Positions 11,302 through 27,406 are shown, numbered from the stretch's first letter. The stretch: 64,000 nucleotides of DNA from an uncultured Planctomycetota bacterium (GCA_963823665.1 CAWGMQ010000010.1:576001-640000); one strand, 5' to 3'. Translations and numbers: made by a program. The notes: generated by a model not told the origin, from the sequence alone.

Positions 11302-12627
11302 TCACTCGATCTCTTTGATAAACAAATTCGTGAACTGAACCGGATCTCCATGATGCTGCAGCCCGATCGGCCCACGCGCCGGGATCCCCGGCAATTGCAC
11401 CTGATCAATCACCGTCTGCCCGTTCAGCGCGACCGTCACCCTGTCCTTCTTCATTGTGATCAAGAACCGGTTCCACTTGCCCGGAGCGCTGTCGGCCTTG
11501 ACCTTTGGAATTGCCCCTGATCGCACCTCTGCGGGCATCGTCTTGTCCACTCGATAGTCATAAAGCTCACCCGAGCCGATTGTGTTGCACGTGATATTCA
11601 CCTGCGCTCGTCCCGACCCGCGTAGCAAGACGCCGCTATCCCCGGCATAGGGAATCTCAATCGTCTTCGCTGAGCCGTCGTCGTTCTTCGCGTCGTCTCC
11701 GTTAGGAAGCACGACCGCGCGTTTCCGCGGCGCCGGCTTGCCGGGCAGGCGCCAGTCAACCGACAGCACGAAGTCCCCATAAGCTTTCTCTGTCCAGAGG
11801 TCTTTCTCCTTGGCTGTGCTCTTGCCGTCGTATTCGAGAATCGAATCCTTCGCCCGCCAGTGTCCCTCGTGGCCCGGGTCAAGCCGCCAGCCGCGCAGGT
11901 CGAGCCCCGAATAGACCGAGACGAAACCTTCGTCCAGAGTCGCCCTCTCCGCATCGCTCGGCCGCGTGGAGGGCAGTTCCTTGATGCGCAGATTGCGGAA
12001 GTGGCACTCCGACCCCTCGGATTCGAGGCAGATATAGCCAGCGCGCGGCACGCACTTGCTCGCGCCCGACACCTCTTTACCGTTGACCGCGAGCTTCAGC
12101 ACACCGTCCTGGCACGTCACCCGGTAGTGGTTCCACTCCGGTGAAGGCCGCGCCCGATTTTCGCTCGGCAGACAGCGCATCCACCCGGCCGGGTGCGGTC
12201 GGTCAGGCGTCATCGTCGCGCCCCAGATCCCAAAAACGTCGCCGTGGCTCGTATAGTTCGGAGTCTCATGACCGTCCAGGATCTGCACCTCGAACGACCG
12301 CGTGAACGGCACTCCGACCGCCGGCAGCGCATCGCTCCAGACAAACAGCCCCGCATTGCCCCCTGCTTGAAGGTGCCGCCACTCCAACTCCATCACGAAG
12401 TTCTCATAAGGCCGGTCCGTCCGCATCACGCCGGTCGGCTTGCCCGTCGAGACAATCATCCCGTCGCGCACCGTGAACGTCTCCGGCGCCACGTTCACTC
12501 TGACCCAGCCCGAGAGGTCCTTGCCGTTGAAGAGCGGCCGGAAATCGTCATCGGCTCGCGTCGAGCTCGTTCCGGCCCAAACGACGCAGACGATCAATCG
12601 CAACATCATGACCAAAGATCGTTTCAT
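11302..12627 (-). CDS. Secreted tandem DUF1080 (3-keto-disaccharide hydrolase-like) protein
   Basis: Signal peptide; LFNGKDLSGW...GYICLESEG, then a second domain ending GPIGLQHHG..VQFTNL. Confidence 0.9.
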   Translation of the reverse strand: MKRSLVMMLRLIVCVVWAGTSSTRADDDFRPLFNGKDLSGWVRVNVAPETFTVRDGMIVSTGKPTGVMRTDRPYENFVMELEWRHLQAGGNAGLFVWSDALPAVGVPFTRSFEVQILDGHETPNYTSHGDVFGIWGATMTPDRPHPAGWMRCLPSENRARPSPEWNHYRVTCQDGVLKLAVNGKEVSGASKCVPRAGYICLESEGSECHFRNLRIKELPSTRPSDAERATLDEGFVSVYSGLDLRGWRLDPGHEGHWRAKDSILEYDGKSTAKEKDLWTEKAYGDFVLSVDWRLPGKPAPRKRAVVLPNGDDAKNDDGSAKTIEIPYAGDSGVLLRGSGRAQVNITCNTIGSGELYDYRVDKTMPAEVRSGAIPKVKADSAPGKWNRFLITMKKDRVTVALNGQTVIDQVQLPGIPARGPIGLQHHGDPVQFTNLFIKEIE

Positions 12628-12668
12628 CGTGAATCTCTCGATGCGTACTTGATCGCACAGGAACGGAT

Positions 12669-13621
12669 TCATTTGTCGAGTTTGACAGCCTCACCGCCGG
12701 CGCGGGTGATGAGAGCGTACCAGGTCGCCCGGTCTTGCTTCGGCGAGAGAGACCGGACCGCGCCGTCGCAAAAGAGGGCATTTGGCCCTTGCGCGTGCGT
12801 CGAGCCGCTGTACACCTTGCGGGCCAGCGCGTCGTCGCCCTCGTAGGACGGCGACGTGTGCACGTCGAACTCACTTCCGCCCCAGCCGCCGACCGCCCAG
12901 CCGAAGCTGTCGAGTTTCTCGACGAAAGCCAGCGTGAACGCGAGGCCATCGGTAATGTCCGCCACTTTAACACTGCGGGCCAGTGGTTTGCCGTCTTTTG
13001 CATTCACCAGACCATCCGGCGTGGAAACGGTCATGATCACACCGAGGTACGTCCCACGCTCTTTCACGAAATCTTCGCCCCACGGCCTGCGAGCATCCCC
13101 TTTGGGAGGAAGTCTGCGGTAACTGGTGGTGCCCAGGTGCCAACGCATGTGGCCGCCGCCCCAGTTCGCGCCAAAGTGGCCCTTGGCGAAGACGGCCTTG
13201 GGCTCGGGATATCGCACGTCGCCGGCAGCGACTTTATCGATATTGGGATTGTCCGGACACAGGTACATGTTCACTGAAGTACCGACGACAGTATGGTTGG
13301 CGATGTACCAGTTCTCGACGTAGAAGTTGTATGCGTTGAAGAGCGGGATCTGCTCCGCATAAGCTAAAATGCTCGTAAATGCACCCTGTCCGTTGCCATG
13401 ACCCTCGCCGAGAATCAAGGCCGGCGGCAGCGTTCCCCAGGCTTGCGAGTAATTGAGCGTCGCCAGGCCAATCTGTTTGAGGTTCATGACGCAGCTCGCC
13501 CGCGCGCCGCTGCTTTGGAGGACTGAACGGCCGGTAGCAGCATCGCGACCGATAGGCAAGTCACGGCCGTGACCACCAGCAGCTCGATCAGACTGAAGCC
13601 CCTCGCGTGATCTCGTCGCAT
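12669..13621 (-). CDS. DUF1559 prepilin-type protein, frameshift near 13530
   Basis: [11 protein letters not shown]-methylation motif in one frame; [11 protein letters not shown] and [14 protein letters not shown] (H-X9-DG) in the next. Confidence 0.85.
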
Positions 13622-13726
13622 CGGAGATTCCTCCTGTACCTGAGTCACTCGTCCGCAGCGCTTGTCCGGCTCTCCGCTCATTCTACCCGGCGCACCCGCC
13701 CCGCGCACATCGCTCTGATCCCCGTT

Positions 13727-15088
13727 TCACTCCTCATCTTTTCCCGCGAGTGTCTTCCGGATATCAACGCCGATCCACGCCAGCGTTCCCAGGACATAAC
13801 TCCCAGCCAGAAGGAAGAAGGGAAGCACCAGGTCGTGCTGCTTGAGCAATCCTCCCAGCCAGCGTGCTTCGAGCGCCGCCATGAAACTGGCCATCATGTT
13901 CATCGTGCCCGAGAGCACCCCGGTATAACGCCCTCCGATGTCCGCCGCCGCGGCCCAGGCCGGCGCCATCGCCAGGTCGTTGCCGAAGAACGCCAGAGTC
14001 AGCAGGAAACCCAGGGTCACGGTATCTTCGGCCCAGGGCACAAGAACGATCGCCGTCGCAGCCAGAGCAAGGCCCGACACGCCCACGATTCGCCGGCTCA
14101 AGGCCTTACCCCACCGGCGGATGATCGCGTCCGAGAGCGACCCGCCGGCCAGGCAGGCCAGCACTCCAAACGCAAACGGCAGCGAAGTCAGCCACGCCGT
14201 CGGCCCAGACTCGAGTCCGCGGTGGTGCTTCAAATAGGTCGGCAGTAAGGTCAAGTAAAAATTCCCGCTGAACCCGAGGAAGCCATACATCAGGCACAGC
14301 GACCACACGCTCTTCGATCTCGCGAACAATCCCCAGGGAATAGCCCCATGACCGTGACCACCGCCAGACGCCCGCCCCAGCACGATCAGCTTGCGCTCAG
14401 CCTCATTGATCGACGGCATCTCTTCGGGCCGATTGCGAAACCATGGCCAGAAAAGCGCGCACCAGACAATTCCCAGCAAGCCCACCAAAACAACCGGCAG
14501 CTTCCAATCGCCAAGGTAACCGAAGAGGCCCGCGAGGAGCAGGGGAGCGATCGCTCCGCCCATACGGCTCGACATCCAGATCGCGCCCTGGGCCGAACCC
14601 CGCTCGGTCGACGGCATCCAGTCTGCCATCATTCGTGCGATCGAGGGAAAAGTTCCGGCCTGGAACGCGCCGAACAGGAAGCGGACCACGACCAGAAAGC
14701 CGACAATCACGAGCACTCGCGGCGGAAGCAGCGCGACCAGCACGAGCATGACGGTCAAGCTCGATCCGCCCAGCACGATCGCGGCGATCGTATGCCGCAC
14801 GCCGAATCGGTCTCCCAGGGCACCCCACGGCATCTCGAAGAGCCCGTAGCCGATCATGAACGCCGCCATCACGTTGCCCAGGTCATCCTCTGATAGACCG
14901 AGCGGAACCTTGAACTCGGCCCATGCCGTCGCGAAACCCACCCGATGAAGGTACGTCACGATCGCCAGGCTGCACGCCGTCGCCAGAACCTGATAACGCA
15001 CGCGCGTCGGTCGTTCGGGCAGCCCCACGTCAGGGGCCTTGGTCGCCCCCACGTCGGCCCAGTCGGTGTGGCTATCGTTGGATTGCAT
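13727..15088 (-). CDS. MFS transporter, anion:cation symporter (sugar acid) family
   Basis: About 12 TM helices; GALGDRFGVR and ERGSAQG motifs. Confidence 0.9.
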   Translation of the reverse strand: MQSNDSHTDWADVGATKAPDVGLPERPTRVRYQVLATACSLAIVTYLHRVGFATAWAEFKVPLGLSEDDLGNVMAAFMIGYGLFEMPWGALGDRFGVRHTIAAIVLGGSSLTVMLVLVALLPPRVLVIVGFLVVVRFLFGAFQAGTFPSIARMMADWMPSTERGSAQGAIWMSSRMGGAIAPLLLAGLFGYLGDWKLPVVLVGLLGIVWCALFWPWFRNRPEEMPSINEAERKLIVLGRASGGGHGHGAIPWGLFARSKSVWSLCLMYGFLGFSGNFYLTLLPTYLKHHRGLESGPTAWLTSLPFAFGVLACLAGGSLSDAIIRRWGKALSRRIVGVSGLALAATAIVLVPWAEDTVTLGFLLTLAFFGNDLAMAPAWAAAADIGGRYTGVLSGTMNMMASFMAALEARWLGGLLKQHDLVLPFFLLAGSYVLGTLAWIGVDIRKTLAGKDEE

Positions 15089-15221
15089 CGCGTCGCGTGG
15101 TATCGTCAGGGGAGAGCAGGTCGCGTGCGCCGAGTTGTTGACAGTACGAGGCCCACAGACGCACTGCAAGCCCCGCAATCGGCTGAAATCTTGTTTGCTA
15201 CGCGAATGGGAGTTTCGTGGC

Positions 15222-16376
15222 GTGAAGATCACCGGCTTCGAAACCTGGCTGGCAAACGCGGGCTTGAGGAACTATCTGTTCATCCGCCTGCGCACCGATA
15301 ATGGCTTGACCGGCCTGGGCGAGGCTTCGCTGGAATGGCAGGAAAAGACCGTTCAAACGCTGTTGCACGAATGGGTCGAGGCCCGGGTTGTAGGCAAGGA
15401 TCCGTTCGACATTGAAGCCACAATCGGCGGCATGATCCGCGACCAGTACCAGGGAGGCGCGACCGTCATGACCGCGATCAGCGGCGTCGAGATCGCCATG
15501 TGGGATTTGATCGGCAAGGCCTGCCGCCAGCCCGTCTACCGCCTTCTGGGCGGCCGCTATCACGCCAAGATCCGCACCTACGCCAACGGCTGGTACGGCG
15601 GGGCTCGCACGCCCGAGGAGTTTGCCGGCCGCGCCGCGGCCGCCGTCGATCGTGGCTATCACGCGCTCAAGTTCGACCCCTTCGGCACAGCCTGGAAGTC
15701 CCTCGATCCCGAGGAAGCCGATCTGGCAGTCGAAACCGTCGCCGCGGTGCGAAAGGCCGTCGGACCTCGAGTGGGTCTGATGATCGAGTTTCACGGTCGG
15801 CTTGGCGCCCGCGCCGCCACCGCGATGATCCGCCGCCTCGAGCCGTTTGACCCCGCGTGGTGTGAGGAGCCCGTCGCGCCCGAGTGCGTGGAGCTGCTCG
15901 CCGAAGTGAAGCGATCGGCCCGCCCCCCCATCGCCGCCGGCGAACGGCTCTACACGCTCGCGGATTTTCACCGGCTGACCGCCTTGGGCGCCGTCGACAT
16001 CGTGCAGATGGACCTCGCCCACTGTGGCGGAATCTCGATGGGCAAGAAGATCGCCGCCATGGCCCAGGCCCAGGACATTCAAGTGGCACCGCACTGCTCG
16101 ATCGGGCCCGTCGCCCTGGCAGCCGCTCTTCATTTTGATGTGAGCACGCCCAACTTCATGATCCAGGAATCGTTCGCCGAGTTCGATGTCCCCTGGCGAA
16201 ACGACCTGGTCGCAGGCTGGAATCCGCTCAACCGCGGCGAGCTCTCGCTCGGAGACGCCCCCGGCCTCGGCCTCGAGCTCGACGACGCCGCCATCGCCAG
16301 CCATCCGTATGTCGCCCACGCCTTCCCCAGCCTTTGGGACCGGCAGTGGCAAACGAATTTCACTCAGAATGAATAA
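15222..16376 (+). CDS. Mandelate racemase/muconate lactonizing enzyme family, galactonate dehydratase-like
   Basis: KFDPFG, IEFHGR, EEP, GER, PHC and QE enolase-superfamily motifs. Confidence 0.9.
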   Translation: MKITGFETWLANAGLRNYLFIRLRTDNGLTGLGEASLEWQEKTVQTLLHEWVEARVVGKDPFDIEATIGGMIRDQYQGGATVMTAISGVEIAMWDLIGKACRQPVYRLLGGRYHAKIRTYANGWYGGARTPEEFAGRAAAAVDRGYHALKFDPFGTAWKSLDPEEADLAVETVAAVRKAVGPRVGLMIEFHGRLGARAATAMIRRLEPFDPAWCEEPVAPECVELLAEVKRSARPPIAAGERLYTLADFHRLTALGAVDIVQMDLAHCGGISMGKKIAAMAQAQDIQVAPHCSIGPVALAAALHFDVSTPNFMIQESFAEFDVPWRNDLVAGWNPLNRGELSLGDAPGLGLELDDAAIASHPYVAHAFPSLWDRQWQTNFTQNE

Positions 16377-16390
16377 CATGGAGGGTCATC

Positions 16391-17476
16391 ATTCCCGTCT
16401 TTCGCCTCGCGCTCACCGGCGATTTCCTGAATTCAGCCGGCTCCGTCGCCTGCGGTGACGCCGGCCTCGGCGTGCTGTCAGGACGCCCCGATATTCGCTG
16501 GCATTTCATCAACGACCTGGCCCCACGTGCCGATGACTCCGGTTACTGGAGCAGGCTTTATTCCCTGGAGCTCAGCCCCGCCCATATCAAAGATGTCGAT
16601 GGCCTGATCGTGCTTCGGCCCTGGGTGACGAAGCGCACGTTCGCCTCGGGCGCCGGCGATCTGTGCGTGATCGGCCGTTCGGGAGCGGGCTACGACAAGA
16701 TTGACCTGGAGGCCTGCACCGAGAACGGCGTCGCAGTATTCAACGCGCCCCTGGCGCTGAATCATTCAACCGCATCCTCGGCGCTCCTCTTCATGCTGGC
16801 TCTTTCCAAGCGCCTGTTCGAGCAGGACCGCACCACCCGGGCCGGCCGCTGGGACCGGCAACCCGAACTACTCGGCCAAGAGATCGCCGGTCGAACCCTC
16901 GGAATCGTCGGCCTGGGCCACAGCGGCAGAGAGCTCGTCCGATTGGTAGCTCCGTTCGAGATGCGACTGATCGCCTTTTCGCCACATGCTGATCCAGCCC
17001 AGGCCAGCTCACTGGGAGTACGTCTCACCTCGCTCGAAGAGGTGATGAGCCAGTCCGACTTCGTGAGCCTGCACTGCAAGCTGACCGAGGCAACGCGAGG
17101 AATGATCACCGCCCAAGAGCTCGCGAAGATGAAACCATCCGCCTATTTGATCAACGTCGGCCGCGGCGAGCTGATCGACCAGTACGCGCTCTACGAAGCA
17201 CTTCGCGCTCGCAAGATCGGCGGCGCCGGCCTCGATGTCTTCGAGGTCGAACCCTTGCCGATCGACGACCCGTTAATCGCCCTCGACAACGTGATCCTCA
17301 CGCCGCACTGGTCGGCATCGACGTTGGACGTCTGGCAGGCGACCGGCCGGGAGATGGCAAACGGAATCATCCGCGCCGCCCGCGACGAGGTCCCGGAAAA
17401 CGTAGTCAACCCCGAGGTGCTCGATGTCGCGCTCTTCCGCGACAAGCTGGCAAGGTTCGCGGAACGTTCCGATTGA
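16391..17476 (+). CDS. D-isomer-specific 2-hydroxyacid dehydrogenase
   Basis: GIVGLGHSG, INVGRG, LDVFEVEP and TPH motifs. First canonical start is 16472, but the frame is open to an SD-preceded ATC/ATT at 16388/16391. Confidence 0.85.
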   Translation: MPVFRLALTGDFLNSAGSVACGDAGLGVLSGRPDIRWHFINDLAPRADDSGYWSRLYSLELSPAHIKDVDGLIVLRPWVTKRTFASGAGDLCVIGRSGAGYDKIDLEACTENGVAVFNAPLALNHSTASSALLFMLALSKRLFEQDRTTRAGRWDRQPELLGQEIAGRTLGIVGLGHSGRELVRLVAPFEMRLIAFSPHADPAQASSLGVRLTSLEEVMSQSDFVSLHCKLTEATRGMITAQELAKMKPSAYLINVGRGELIDQYALYEALRARKIGGAGLDVFEVEPLPIDDPLIALDNVILTPHWSASTLDVWQATGREMANGIIRAARDEVPENVVNPEVLDVALFRDKLARFAERSD

Positions 17477-17478
17477 TC

Positions 17479-17760
17479 AAAGACCCGGAGGGTCGACATC
17501 ATATAGCTCGGGCCGTGAGCCCCGAGCGGCGGAGGCAAATACCGCGCAAATTCAACAAAGACCCGAAGGGTCGACATCATATAGCTCGGGGCGTGAGCCC
17601 CGAGTGGCGGAGGCAAATTCCGCGCAAATTCAAAGAAGACCCGAAGGGTCGACATCATATAGCTCGGGGCGTGAGCCCCGAGTGGCGGAGGCAAATTCCG
17701 CGCAAATTCAACGAAGACCCGAAGGGTCGACATCAGATACCTCGGGGCGTGAGCCCCGAA
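17479..17760. repeat. 78-bp tandem repeat (3.6 copies) of a double-hairpin REP-like unit
   Basis: Units start at 17479, 17557, 17635 and 17713; hairpins GACCC-GAA-GGGTC and CTCGGGGC-GTGA-GCCCCGAG. Confidence 0.9.
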
Positions 17761-17777
17761 GGGAACCGCGTCGGAAT

Positions 17778-18600
17778 TCAATCCCGGCGCTCGAGTCGAT
17801 ACCGAATCGTCAGCTTCCCCGTTTCGTTTGCCGCCGCTTCTAATTGCAATAACCCGACATCGCCCCCGCGCGTCTTGAATGCAAACGTGTCGGGGCGTTC
17901 CACCAGATGGGCGTCGATACTCATCCACGCGGTGCCGGACGGATTCCCCGGCTGCCGATCCAGAATCTCGCGGGCGTCTTCGACCGTCAATTCTCCGAAA
18001 GACTGCGGCAGAATGCGAGCTTCGACCATGTCGAGTCCAATGAGTGCAAAGCGAAGCTCCGGACCCGCGTCCGCGTCTTTCGCCGCGCCGCCCGCCGGTC
18101 TCGCGCCACGTTGACGGCTCACGTTACTGAGGAGGTCGATTCCTTGATCCTGGCACCACCGTGCGAATCGTTCATTCCGTCGAAAGGAAGGCCCGTTCGC
18201 AATCTCATCCGCAGTCAGAAACTCCGGCGGAGCCATTTTTCGCCCGGTTTCCAGATCCATCAGGCACTCCCGTCCTTGTGCCGGTAGTTCAAGCGTTGTC
18301 GTGACCGTTTGCGCGAACGGCGTTCCGTGCGTTTTCGCGGTGCGCGGCAAAACGACCACTTGGGCCAACTTCGCCGCCGTGCGCTCCCGGCTCACCCTGA
18401 GGGGCCAACCAAAGCCTGTACCGTAGTCGATACCGATCGGTGTCTTTATCTTTTGGAAAGACCTGGATGATCCCGTGCCCTCCCTCTCGCGTCGTGAACA
18501 AAAACGTCGCCAGCTCGTCGTATTTGAAGTCGGTCCACGTTTCTTCGAAATGCGCCAGTGATCCGGTTGCTTCACGGCCAAGCCGCAATGGCTCCCCTCG
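17778..18600 (-). pseudogene. Fragment of a protein with two internally repeated domains, frameshifted
   Basis: TFLFTTREGGHGIIQV..YRLRYRL and TFAFKTRGGDVGLLQL..LTIRYRL occur in different frames; no clear 5' end. Confidence 0.5.
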
Positions 18601-18694
18601 GGCGTCGACTCTTTCTCTGCTCGTCTGTATCGGCACAAATGCCGCGAAAAGGTATGATGAAGCGGAAGCAATCGATTGCACGATAGGAGATTCC

Positions 18695-18995
18695 ATGAGT
18701 TCCGTCGAAGCTCAAGCCGCTCCCGCTTTGCCGAGCCCTCCAAATGACAAGTGGCGCAGAAACACGGGCCTTTTACCGGCTCTTGCCGGATCTACTGAAC
18801 AGTCACCGAGGCCAGTATGTCGCGATCCACGACGAGCATTTGGTGGAATCAGGTGTTGACAAGCTAGCAGTTGCTCGACGCGCCTATTCGCGCTTCGGTT
18901 ACGTTCCGATCTTCGTAAGTTTGGTCACCGACCGGCCACTCACCCCCGTGCGCACTCCGTCGCCACGACTCGTTCGAGACGAGTATTCGGCGTGA
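18695..18995 (+). CDS. DUF5678-like small protein, frameshift near 18760
   Basis: AGGAG SD; MSSVEAQ..KWRR continues as AFYRLLPDLLNSHRGQYVAIHDEHLVESG. Confidence 0.7.
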
Positions 18996-19370
18996 TTCGA
19001 TACAATTACAACCGCCAGATCGATCCTCCTGCTCCGTTCGTTCACGTCTCACTGCGCTGCGCGGAATCGGGAAAATCCCTGTCCAACCTGCCTGCTCAAA
19101 TCGATCCTGCTGCGGACCGGACGGTGATACCGGAGAGCTTGGTCGAACTATTGGGCCTGACCCCATAGATGAAATGCCGGTCGCGGGATTCGGAGGCCGG
19201 GTGATCCTTGTCACCACGTACGTCACTGAGTTGGGGCTCAGCACGCTACCGCCGCAGTCAGTCGAAGTGATCGCGCACTCTGATGAACCGTACATCCTGC
19301 TTGGGGCGCCGTATTGAACCGCCATCGACTGCTACTGGACGGTCCTTCACTCATCCTCGAAATCGGCTGA
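18992..19370 (+). CDS. Retropepsin-like (clan AA) aspartic protease, two frameshifts; missed by the ORF track
   Basis: GTGA overlap with the previous gene; reads MIRYNYNRQIDPPAP...AQIDPAADRTVIP...PYILLG..LNRHRLLLDGP. Confidence 0.65.
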
Positions 19371-19534
19371 ACATGAGCTGGAGGTGCCGACAGAATCTTG
19401 TCAGCCACCGTTTCCCAATCCGGAAGCGGTTCCCCCAATTTCCAACCGTCGCTATAATCCACCGCGCACTCCAATCACAACCAGGAAGGCAGGACCGCTG
19501 CACCGCAGCGACCCTCAATCTCAAGGAGGAGACA

Positions 19535-20382
19535 ATGGCAATCATCCGTCCCGTGTTGGCGCGCACATTCGCAGTGCTGCTCATCTTTCTCGGCACGATC
19601 TCCACAAAAACCCAGGCGCAACCCCCATCCGGGGTCGTAGTCGAAGCTGCCGCGAACAAGCTGCTAGATCCGCTCGGCGGCCCGACCCATCCCGCGCCCG
19701 AACTGAAAATCGACGTCCAGTTCCAGAGCGCCCCCACTCTCTTCCGCCAGGGCAAGTTCGCCGAAGCCGAACGGCAGTTCGCCTGGATCGCCCAGGTCCG
19801 CAAGGGCACCACCTGGGGCGAGCGCAGCCAGTATTACCTGGCCGAATGCCAGTATCGTCAGAAGAAATACGTCGAGGCCCTCGCGAGCCTGGAACGCCTC
19901 CAGCTCGAGTACCCCGCGACCGACTACTGCAACCAGCTCATCCGCCGCGAGTATGAGATCGCCCAGCACAGCATCACTTGGACCAAGCCCGCAGTCTTGA
20001 CCGGAAGGAATTCGCCTTTGCCGCCAAATGTTGACGGTGGCCAGCGGGTAGCCAGCGCCGAAAAACTAGCTCTCCGGGCGCTCGAGAACGTCCGCCACCA
20101 TGCTCCGTCAAGTTCGCTGGCGGCCGAAGCCTCCATCAAGGTAGCCGAGTACTATATGGCCAAAGGCGACTATGCCTCAGCCGCGATCTATTACGATCTT
20201 TTCATCGCCGAATACCGCAAGAGCCCGCTCTGCCCGCGCGCCGGCTCGGCGCGGTCGAGGCTCGAGTCCGTAACTACCTCTTGAGCCAGCGCGATTCCCC
20301 AGGGATGCGGCTAGCTCGCGAGCTGGCAACACTCTCGCTACCAGCCTTCCTGAAGTTCGAGAATACCGTGTTGGGTCGCTGA
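19535..20382 (+). CDS. Exported BamD/YfiO-like TPR protein, frameshift near 20240
   Basis: AAGGAGGAG SD, signal peptide, TPR helices such as QYYLAECQYRQKKYVEAL. Confidence 0.65.
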
Positions 20383-20579
20383 TCCATAAATGCACGGCCT
20401 GACCTCGATGAACTACTCCCAATCAGCCGGCAAGCACCTCGAAGGCGGGGGATGGCCGGCTTCGATCGCGCCACCAATGGTACCCATGGAATGCACGCCG
20501 TTGTCGCAGAGTTCAAAACTCGGTAGAACCGATCACAACGAAGAGCATTTAGCCACGGATGAAACCCGAGGATCACCAC

Positions 20580-21431
20580 ATGCGAAACTGGGGCTTCATC
20601 GGCGCCGGCAAGATGGCCTCCGCTCTGATCCATGGCATGCTCCGCGCCGGAATCGCCCCGGCCGGAGCCATCTTCGCCAGCGATCCCTTGCCCGCGGCCC
20701 GAAGCGCACTCGCCAGCGAAGCCGCCATCACCGTATTTGAATCCAATATCGACGTGGTTCAGCACAGCAGCGTCTTGGTCCTTGCGGTGAAGCCGCAGAG
20801 TATGAATCACGTCTTGGCCGAGTTGCGACCCGTGATAACCCCCGAGCACCTGGTCGTCTCGATCGCGGCCGGAATCACGATCGAGTCAATCGTCCACGGC
20901 CTCGGCCGGCATTCACGCGTCATCCGGGTCATGCCCAACACGCCCGCCTTGGTCGGCGAAGGCATCTCGGCGTTTGCCCCCGGCGGTGGCGCTCGCCCTG
21001 AAGATCAGGACCTGGTCGAGGCGTTCCTGGGCTCTGTGGGCAGGGCGGTCCGTGTCAGCGAGCCGATGCTCGACGCCGTCACGGGGCTCTCGGGCAGCGG
21101 TCCGGCGTTCGTCTACTTGATGATCGAGGCCCTTTCCGATGGCGGCGTTCGCGCCGGGCTGCCTCGCGACGTCGCCAGCCTGCTGGCCGTCCAGACCGTG
21201 CTGGGCTCCGCCAAGATGGTGCGCGAAACCGGCCTCCATCCCGGCGTGCTCAAGGACCAGGTCGCCTCCCCCGGCGGCACGACGATCGCCGGGCTCCATG
21301 CGCTCGAGCTGGCCGGAGTCCGCGGCGCGTTCATCGAAGCCGTCGTCGCCGCCAGCCGTCGCTCGTCCGAGCTGGCGTCCCTGGCCGCTTCCATCACACC
21401 TCCCAAGTCGCCCGACGAGACCCACCCATGA
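20580..21431 (+). CDS. proC: Pyrroline-5-carboxylate reductase
   Basis: GFIGAGKM, LAVKPQ, RVMPNTP, SGSGPAF and SPGGTT motifs. Confidence 0.95.
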   Translation: MRNWGFIGAGKMASALIHGMLRAGIAPAGAIFASDPLPAARSALASEAAITVFESNIDVVQHSSVLVLAVKPQSMNHVLAELRPVITPEHLVVSIAAGITIESIVHGLGRHSRVIRVMPNTPALVGEGISAFAPGGGARPEDQDLVEAFLGSVGRAVRVSEPMLDAVTGLSGSGPAFVYLMIEALSDGGVRAGLPRDVASLLAVQTVLGSAKMVRETGLHPGVLKDQVASPGGTTIAGLHALELAGVRGAFIEAVVAASRRSSELASLAASITPPKSPDETHP

Positions 21432-22042
21432 AACTCGGGGTGATTTCCGACATCCACGGCGACATCACCGCCCTCGAGCTCGCCTGGTCACACCTGACCG
21501 TGATGGGCGCAGACCAGATCGTCTCCGCAGGAGACCTCGCCGGCTACGGCCCATTTCCCGACCGCGTCGTCGCGTTCCTGCAAGAGCACAAAATTCCCTC
21601 GGTCCGCGGCAACCACGACCGCTGGGCACTCGAGCGCGGCCCCGGCGTCCCCGACTCATTCGGCGGCGGCACGCCCAGCAGTGAAACGCTTGATTTCCTC
21701 GACACACTCCCCGCCGGCATTCGCCTCAACCTGACCGTCTCCGTTTCCATCTTCCACGGGTCGCCGCGGTCCGACATGGAATTCGTCAATCGCGACAGCC
21801 ATCCCCCCAGCGTCCTTCGCGGTTATCTCACCGGGCAGTCATGCCGCCTGCTGATCCTCGGCCACACTCACACGCCCATGTCCTTCCGCTGCTCGGAGGG
21901 CCTGGTGATCAATCCCGGATCGATCGTGTCGGTCCCGGGCGTGGATACGTCGAGAACATTCGCCGTGGTTGATCTACACACCCTCGAAGTGACCTTTCAC
22001 GACGTCGAGAGCGGAGCCCCTTTCACCGCCGCCGAATGGTGA
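21428..22042 (+). CDS. Metallophosphoesterase (YfcE-like)
   Basis: DIHG, GD, GNHD, FHG and GHTH motifs; ATGA overlap with proC. Confidence 0.9.
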   Translation: MKLGVISDIHGDITALELAWSHLTVMGADQIVSAGDLAGYGPFPDRVVAFLQEHKIPSVRGNHDRWALERGPGVPDSFGGGTPSSETLDFLDTLPAGIRLNLTVSVSIFHGSPRSDMEFVNRDSHPPSVLRGYLTGQSCRLLILGHTHTPMSFRCSEGLVINPGSIVSVPGVDTSRTFAVVDLHTLEVTFHDVESGAPFTAAEW

Positions 22043-22137
22043 TTCGAAAATAATTCCAAGAATCTCGCGACAGGTTTCGCCCCAAATGCCTTACAAAGAG
22101 GGAGGGATGAAGATCGACCCGATCCGGAGCTTCGCCC

Positions 22138-27354
<5,217 letters not shown>

Positions 27355-27406
27355 TCATCGCACGATTGGGTCCTTGTCCCAGGAATCCTTTTTATCCCGG
27401 AAACCG

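Noticed and set aside
17479..17760. CRISPR array
   Set aside because: The sequence between hairpins is nearly identical in each unit (no unique spacers), and there are no cas genes in the window.
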